Of a DNA stretch of 32,311 nucleotides, positions 27,272 to 32,311 are shown piece after piece (position 1 is the first letter of the stretch; every line of letters starts with the position of its first letter). The DNA comes from a virus (taxonomy: Duplodnaviria; Caudoviricetes). The DNA lies in the IMG/VR virus record IMGVR_UViG_3300038829_000260, positions 1 through 32,311 of that record. One strand, given 5' to 3'. The position numbers and the translations under genes were made by a program. The notes below the pieces were generated by a model that was given only the letters and a program-made list of their open reading frames with translations, made no database searches and was not told the origin of the DNA.

Positions 27272-29452
27272 TTAGTCCCTCAACAGTTCGTCCATCAGTC
27301 GTGATTTCTCATCCGCCTCGGCGTTCGGCCGAGGTCGCGCTCCGCGATCCTGTAACAGGTCGTCCCAACTGGGTTCGCCGCTCGACACACTCGGCTCCGG
27401 CGTGGTCAGCTCCGGAGGCCGAGTGCTGGGACCCGCGCTAGCTGAGCCAGCGGGAGCCGTCGAGGAGCGGCCGGCAAGACGCCGCCGTGAGGCGGTCGCA
27501 GGAAGAGAGGGTTCCCGCAAGGGAGTCGTCTGGCCGGACGGTCCAGGAGTGGAGGACGGTCGCACGCCGCGCGCCAATTGCGCCGCGGCAAAATCCATGG
27601 TGGTGGGATGCGCGACGACCGATCCGCCCGCCATCGGCGTCACCGGCGCAGGCCGATCCGCCGACACGAAGCGCCGTTCCGTCGCCACCGCATCCAAATT
27701 CACCACCTTTTTCATCTGCACGGTTTCCCGCTGCTGGGCGAGATCCGCCAAGGCGCGTTCTTCGTTCAACAGCACATACCGATGGCTCGCGTAGTCCTTC
27801 GCCGCGCGCTTCGCGGTCTTCTTCCGCGTAGCCAGCGTGCGCATATCCTCATGGCTCGCGTGCATCGTGTAGGCCTGTTGATTGATCGCCTCGCACAGAA
27901 AGCGCCCCTGCATGTCGAACACGTAGAGCAGGCCCAGCTGGTTGTCGTCGTATCGCACATCCACCGTGTGGCCCATCTCCATGGCCAAGGCGTCATGCCA
28001 GTAGTAGCGCCCGAAGAGTTTGAGCCCCTGCGTAAACACCTTGGCGGCCCGGTGCCGCATCAACAGCAGATCTAACGAGCGGGCATCGGGGATGGCTTTC
28101 GTCACGCCCTGCCATTGCGACCGTGGCGTCGCGCCATCCAGCGCCGCCGTGGGCACATCGAGCAGCCCATCGATGTAGTCGTCGAGTTTCGCCGACAGCT
28201 CGGCCATCGTCAGCAGGGCCGTCCCAGATTTCAGCTCGGCGGCCAACTTCTCCGGGCGCGCCGCAGGCGACGGCCCACACCACCCCGGTAACTGCTTTTC
28301 CCATTCCGGGAACACGCGCCCGAACCAGGATTCAATCGGTTTCGCCCAGGGCGTGTAGGGCGTCGCACTGATCGCGCCAATCCCCAACGCCGACAGCACG
28401 CCCGGCTTCATCAACAATTCAGCGTCCGCCGACAGTTTCACGTCCCGGCTCACCGTCGTTTTGCCGTTGAGGTAATGGCAGCGGTAGTCTTTGCCGTTAT
28501 CCTGATACACGCGCACCGGCACGCCGTAGCGCAACATCCCATCCCGCAGCGCCAGCGCAATCGTGGTGCTGTTCGGCACCACGCCCAGGTGCCGCCCCAC
28601 ACAGGTATAGGTCCGCAGATCCAGCCACGCCGTGAGCCACGGGCGGAAGATCGTCGCGCCGGGCGCATCCGACTCGCGCACGAACACATCCAGCTCACGA
28701 TGATCGCCACACCACACGTCGTTCGGGGCGAGGTCTGAAAAGTCCCGGTGAATCTTCGGCTCTGATTTCGCCCGCCACGCATCCGGCCCTTCGCGTGACA
28801 AAATCACCGCCGGAGCGGGGAGCGTCCGCAGATAGCGCAACACCGTCGTCTTCGACGGCACCGCCTGCCGCACATGCTGGCAAAAGGCTTCGAGTCGCCG
28901 GTAGACGGTGGTCGGACTCGGCCGTTTCGGCGACAGATATTCCGATTTAATGACATCTTCAAGCACCGGTGACAGGGCCGTGAACCGCCCTTTCGTCCGG
29001 CCATATTTCGGCACCAGCCCCAGCTGCCCATGCAGCTGATAGGCCCGCCGCCAGCCGTACACCGTACTGGCCGCCAACCCCCGCGCCTCCGCCCAGGCCG
29101 CCAACGCCACGCTCCGCAACCCCTCACAGTCCATCAGCCACGCATGCCGCTTCAACGCCGTCGCCCGCGCCGATGCGCTCACGGCTAAGAGCGCCCGCGC
29201 ATCCGGGGCCCCAGGCCCCGGCGTCACCGTCGGCGCAGGCAACGTCTGCTGCCAATACCCAAACTGCGCCTCCGGCGGCAGACTCGCCACCTGCACCAAC
29301 AACGCAGGCTTGCCATTCGCCCCCGTCTCGGCCGACGGCCGCACGATGTACAGGCCATCTTCAATCTTGAGATACACAGACCGCTCCGTGCAGCCAATCA
29401 GCTCCGCCGCCTGCATCACGCTGATATACGGATCGCGGTCCAGATCGTTCAT
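27272..29452 (-). CDS. MuA-like DDE transposase (~726 aa)
   Basis: N-terminal HTHs; WCGDH, YQDNGKDY and AKPIESWF catalytic D-D-E motifs; C-terminal VRYD...LYVFD..GRFLCEA; ATG 29452. Confidence 0.93.
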   Translation of the reverse strand: MNDLDRDPYISVMQAAELIGCTERSVYLKIEDGLYIVRPSAETGANGKPALLVQVASLPPEAQFGYWQQTLPAPTVTPGPGAPDARALLAVSASARATALKRHAWLMDCEGLRSVALAAWAEARGLAASTVYGWRRAYQLHGQLGLVPKYGRTKGRFTALSPVLEDVIKSEYLSPKRPSPTTVYRRLEAFCQHVRQAVPSKTTVLRYLRTLPAPAVILSREGPDAWRAKSEPKIHRDFSDLAPNDVWCGDHRELDVFVRESDAPGATIFRPWLTAWLDLRTYTCVGRHLGVVPNSTTIALALRDGMLRYGVPVRVYQDNGKDYRCHYLNGKTTVSRDVKLSADAELLMKPGVLSALGIGAISATPYTPWAKPIESWFGRVFPEWEKQLPGWCGPSPAARPEKLAAELKSGTALLTMAELSAKLDDYIDGLLDVPTAALDGATPRSQWQGVTKAIPDARSLDLLLMRHRAAKVFTQGLKLFGRYYWHDALAMEMGHTVDVRYDDNQLGLLYVFDMQGRFLCEAINQQAYTMHASHEDMRTLATRKKTAKRAAKDYASHRYVLLNEERALADLAQQRETVQMKKVVNLDAVATERRFVSADRPAPVTPMAGGSVVAHPTTMDFAAAQLARGVRPSSTPGPSGQTTPLREPSLPATASRRRLAGRSSTAPAGSASAGPSTRPPELTTPEPSVSSGEPSWDDLLQDRGARPRPNAEADEKSRLMDELLRD

Positions 29453-29457
29453 CGTCG

Positions 29458-29823
29458 CTACTCTCCCACTGGCCAACAGCAATCAATCGCCACACACCCG
29501 GCTTTGCCATTGACCCACACCACTGCCGTGTGCCCGCCCAGCACGGACGCCTCGGTCCGAGTGACGACGGCCTCCAGCGGCGCGCCAGGGAACGGCTCGA
29601 ACTCCACGAGGTCCCCAACACGCACCTTCCGGTTCCATTTGTCGGCTAACCTCTGTGGGTCTTTTCTGCCGTTCATCGTCGCGACTCGATCTGCCACGTA
29701 CCGGGACGCGGCAGCCTTTATCTCCAACTTCCGTCGCCGCAGCTCGCGCATATCGTCGTGAGTCACAGCAGAACCGTTCTGGGAGTGATCCATACGGCCT
29801 CCATTGTTGGTCATCGTCGTCAC
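29458..29823 (-). CDS. hypothetical phage protein (SH3-like C-terminus)
   Basis: WN....VGD.V...TRTEA.VLGGHTAVVW..G.AGCVA; start is GTG 29823 or ATG 29793 (the latter follows GGAGG). Confidence 0.7.
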   Translation of the reverse strand: MTTMTNNGGRMDHSQNGSAVTHDDMRELRRRKLEIKAAASRYVADRVATMNGRKDPQRLADKWNRKVRVGDLVEFEPFPGAPLEAVVTRTEASVLGGHTAVVWVNGKAGCVAIDCCWPVGE

Positions 29824-30452
29824 GCTCCGAAGTTCACCCGCGTGAACTGCACCACATTGAATCGCCCGAATTGCGGGCGAAAGTCGCCCAATCCGTTATA
29901 GCGCCCAGCGGTCGCAAGCAGGTCGTAGACAAGCGGCTCATCCACATAGGCCGAATCCACCACCGTCACCTCAAAGGACAGGGTCCAGCCCTCGCGCATC
30001 GCGGGCCGCACGCGCGTCACGCCGTTGCGTTGCACCACCACGCGCCGCCGATCTTCGTAATCCCACGTGGTTGCGCCAAACGAGGCCACCGTCGGCGTGA
30101 CCAACAATGCCGCTTTCACCAGTTCGTAGGCTGATTTGCGCGGAGAGCGGGGGTCCGCCTTGGATTTCCCCGCTTGCGCCAGCGCCATGTGCAAGTTCAT
30201 CCCTGGCAACCCCAACGTGCCGTCTGCGCAGCGATAGACGTAGGACTCAAGGTTGTCCTCCTTCTTCTCGCGCGAGTTTTTCTTTGCTTTGCTCTTGGCC
30301 TCCACCGCGGCGCAGTCCCAGCGGTGGAATAAGATCGGCGCAATCCCCGAGATCGTCACCGCCATGGTAAACGGGGCGCGCTCCACCCCCATGGCAAACT
30401 CCCCCTTGCCGTTCACAGCATCGTGCAACCCCAACGCAATTCCACTTGTCAT
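29820..30452 (-). CDS. stand-alone Cas7/RAMP-fold protein (Vipr-like candidate RNA-guided effector, 210 aa)
   Basis: VTISGIAPILFH (RRM beta1), LGLPGMNLHMALAQAG (cf. RAMP IPGSSLKGALR), VTRVRP....W.LSFEV, Gly-rich loop AGRYNGLGDFRPQFGRF; AAGGGAGG RBS before ATG 30452. Confidence 0.8.
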   Translation of the reverse strand: MTSGIALGLHDAVNGKGEFAMGVERAPFTMAVTISGIAPILFHRWDCAAVEAKSKAKKNSREKKEDNLESYVYRCADGTLGLPGMNLHMALAQAGKSKADPRSPRKSAYELVKAALLVTPTVASFGATTWDYEDRRRVVVQRNGVTRVRPAMREGWTLSFEVTVVDSAYVDEPLVYDLLATAGRYNGLGDFRPQFGRFNVVQFTRVNFGA

Positions 30453-30469
30453 AACGCCTCCCTTACAAT

Positions 30470-30489
30470 GAGGCTCGTAAAAGAGCCTC
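30470..30489 (-). other. 7-bp hairpin closing the pentamer array
   Basis: Minus strand GAGGCTC-TTTTAC-GAGCCTC between the last pentamer and the RBS of the RAMP gene. Confidence 0.7.
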
Positions 30490-30659
30490 GCCACGCCTTG
30501 CCTAGCCGCACCGTGCCGCACCACGCCGTGCCATGCCCGACCGGGGCCAGCCACACAGCGCCTTGCCACACACATTCCACCCTCGCCTTGCCACACCTTG
30601 CCAAGCCGTGCCGCACCAAACCGTGCCATGCCCGACCGGGCCTTGCCACACCAAACCTC
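30485..30659 (-). ncRNA. array of 35 in-register pentamers (NN-GGY), probably two tandem guide-like RNAs
   Basis: Plus strand RCC-NN every 5 nt from 30485 to 30659, 30 of 35 units canonical, NN variable; intergenic between stop 30679 and ATG 30452. Confidence 0.8.
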
Positions 30660-30678
30660 AATCCCTCTAACATCGCCG

Positions 30679-31116
30679 TCATCTCCCGCACTCCAACCGC
30701 CGAAGGCGAACCGCAATCCGCTCCTGCTCTTGCCGCAGCCGCGCAATCTCCACAAACCGCTGTTCCTCTGGCCCCAGCACTAACAGACCAGCCGCGCCCG
30801 CCAGCACCGCCAATGGAGCCGCCGATCGCGTCACGACACAAAACGCAGGGAGCAGTTCCGCCGGGAACCGATGCGACTCGGCAGACTCTGCCGTCCATTT
30901 ATCGATCGAATCTTTGCCGATATCCCTGGCCATCAGCTCAGAAAGGCGGCTGGCAATCTCCCAGCGAGACGCCGGGCTCTTTTTAATCGCCGACACCAAC
31001 GCGGCGCGTAGCGCCATCGACACGTCGGCAAACCGCCCTTCCGTCACCGCTTCTTCAGGCAGCAGCGAGAGCTGGTCCTGACTGCCCCCTGTCCGATCTT
31101 TTCGAGAAATTGACAT
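30679..31116 (-). CDS. phage regulatory protein (CII-like, found in Mu-like early operons; 145 aa)
   Basis: SRWEIASRLSELM...I.K..ID.WTAES...HRFPAE..PAFC; AAGGA RBS. Confidence 0.7.
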   Translation of the reverse strand: MSISRKDRTGGSQDQLSLLPEEAVTEGRFADVSMALRAALVSAIKKSPASRWEIASRLSELMARDIGKDSIDKWTAESAESHRFPAELLPAFCVVTRSAAPLAVLAGAAGLLVLGPEEQRFVEIARLRQEQERIAVRLRRLECGR

Positions 31117-31143
31117 TGCGTCCTTGTCCTGGATTCGTTACGC

Positions 31144-31395
31144 TCAAGCTGCATTCAATGGTTGAATCTGAGACCGCTTCTTAGATGATGCTGGGAACAC
31201 GTCTCGATGCGGCATGCCGATAAGCTTGCAGATGTGGCGCTCGATACGTTGCGAACGTGATTGGTGCCGCACAACACGCGTCACAGCAGATGGAGTGACA
31301 CTTAGCTTTCTGGCAATATCGCTCAACGAGAACCCTCTTGATAGAAGAGCAGCACGGAGTTGTAACGAGTAGAAAGTCACAGAAATTGACTCCAT
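31144..31395 (-). CDS. Ner/Cro-like HTH regulator (83 aa)
   Basis: LRAALLSRGFSLSDIARKLSVTPSAVTRVV....S.RIE..I...IG.....VFP; divergent from repressor. Confidence 0.8.
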   Translation of the reverse strand: MESISVTFYSLQLRAALLSRGFSLSDIARKLSVTPSAVTRVVRHQSRSQRIERHICKLIGMPHRDVFPASSKKRSQIQPLNAA

Positions 31396-31410
31396 AATTT
31401 AACTAACGGC

Positions 31411-31439
31411 AAGTTATAGTAACTAAGTTACCATGTCAA
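31411..31439 (-). promoter_or_regulatory. sigma70-type early promoter
   Basis: Minus strand TTGACA (31439-31434), 17-bp spacer, TAACTT (31416-31411), just upstream of the ner-like ATG. Confidence 0.65.
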
Positions 31440-31452
31440 GTAAAAAAGTTAC
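31419..31452. promoter_or_regulatory. putative repressor operators
   Basis: Perfect palindrome GTAACT-A-AGTTAC (31419-31431) in the promoter spacer; imperfect copy GTAAAA-A-AGTTAC (31440-31452); half-site AAGTTAT at 31411. Confidence 0.65.
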
Positions 31453-32311
31453 CGACACGAATAAATCTAAGACCATAGAGGAAATACGTAAATCTTTAGG
31501 GCTAACGAGGGCGGAGTTTGCCAAGAAGATTGGCGTGACGGATAAATACGTTTACATGTTAGAGGCAGGCCTTAAAACTCCATCGAATCGATTGCTAGAC
31601 TTGATAGAATTGAGGTTTAGCAGTACGGTCTTCGAGTCCAACAAAGAAATGCCCCGATACAAATTCATGACGGCATGTGCATTGAAAGACACCGATGCTA
31701 ATAATTTCTTGCTGCTCTTGAAGGAATTAGGGGAAAGCGATCGCCAATCACTATGGAACTTTGCGCTTTCCCTGCGCGGCAGAGAAGAGCCGATGCTACT
31801 GATTCGACATAGAAACGTCAGAGACTGGAATATGCTTGCCGATGCACTCGTAGACCATCCCAGTTTGGTCTCGAACGACAAGCAAAAAGATGTCACGGTT
31901 GCATTGCCTGGTAAACCTCTTCGAAGAATTCCAATTCTCTCACCCGTCGCCGCGGGCCGTTGGCGGCCGATGCAAGACCCCTATCCAGTGGGGCAGGGGT
32001 TCGACGAGATAGAAACTTCGGAGCCGGGGCAACACCTCTATGGATTGCGTGTCGATGGCGACAGCATGGAGCCCGCCTACCACGATGGGGAAACGATCTT
32101 GGTTAACCCCGAGTTACCCTGCGACGAGCCGGGCGTGCTGGTGATCGTGCGGCGCGACGACGAGGACGCCGTAGTCTTTAAACAATTCAAGCTTGGCAAA
32201 AAACGCGAGCCCTTGCTGCACTCGCTCAACCCCAAATACGCCGACATCCCTATGCTGCCAGGCGACCAGTGCCGAGGCCGCGTGGTCTGGCCCAAACGCA
32301 AACACAAATAA
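31433..32311 (+). CDS. CI/LexA-like phage repressor (XRE HTH plus S24 peptidase domain)
   Basis: IRKSLGLTRAEFAKKIGVT..YV..LE.G HTH; VAAG cleavage-site motif; LRVDGDSMEP (Ser) and VFKQ (Lys). Confidence 0.92.
   Translation: MSSKKVTDTNKSKTIEEIRKSLGLTRAEFAKKIGVTDKYVYMLEAGLKTPSNRLLDLIELRFSSTVFESNKEMPRYKFMTACALKDTDANNFLLLLKELGESDRQSLWNFALSLRGREEPMLLIRHRNVRDWNMLADALVDHPSLVSNDKQKDVTVALPGKPLRRIPILSPVAAGRWRPMQDPYPVGQGFDEIETSEPGQHLYGLRVDGDSMEPAYHDGETILVNPELPCDEPGVLVIVRRDDEDAVVFKQFKLGKKREPLLHSLNPKYADIPMLPGDQCRGRVVWPKRKHK

Larger units (their letters stand above)
1..32311. mobile_element. Mu-like transposable prophage/phage with siphovirus-type morphogenesis genes; termini not in window
   Basis: Mu-like order: repressor / ner-like / DDE transposase / AAA ATPase / gam / gemA / lysis / DUF3486 / terminase / head / tail; co-oriented genes with many overlapping start/stop codons. 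Confidence 0.95.

Noticed and set aside
30485-30659. Classical CRISPR array or simple microsatellite
   Set aside because: There are no ~25-45-nt repeats with unique spacers; unlike a slippage microsatellite, variation is largely confined to two positions per pentamer
30453-30755. N-terminal extension of the 311-aa ORF (and ORF 30449-30898) through the pentamer array
   Set aside because: The translation is low-complexity and the 5-nt period does not fit codons; it overlaps the CII-like gene, and a strong RBS sits before ATG 30452
163-30986. Numerous long + strand ORFs (e.g. 10283-11431, 22879-24156, 3444-4256)
   Set aside because: They are antisense shadows of well-supported minus-strand genes in GC-rich DNA and have no recognisable motifs

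Overview
The window covers most of a GC-rich, Mu-like transposable (pro)phage. A CI-type repressor (+ strand) sits at the right edge and almost everything else is on the - strand. In order from the right: Ner/Cro-like regulator, CII-like protein, MuA-like DDE transposase, MuB-like ATPase, Gam, GemA, a lysis cluster, DUF3486 small and large terminase, an HK97-type head (portal fused to a gpF-like domain, protease, major capsid protein) and a lambda-like non-contractile tail with a G/GT frameshift. The phage ends are not visible. The standout is in the early operon: a stand-alone Cas7/RAMP-fold gene (29820-30452) directly downstream of a 175-nt non-coding array of 35 in-register pentamers (NN-GGY; 30 canonical) closed by a hairpin. 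This is a candidate CRISPR-independent RNA-guided system of the VIPR type. A second feature is a 61-bp terminator-like element duplicated on both sides of a ~3.7-kb cassette of signal-peptide-bearing, head-spike-like proteins. One copy directly follows a DUF2292-like gene, suggesting antitermination control of late genes. All protein assignments come from motif recognition and gene order; no database search was run.
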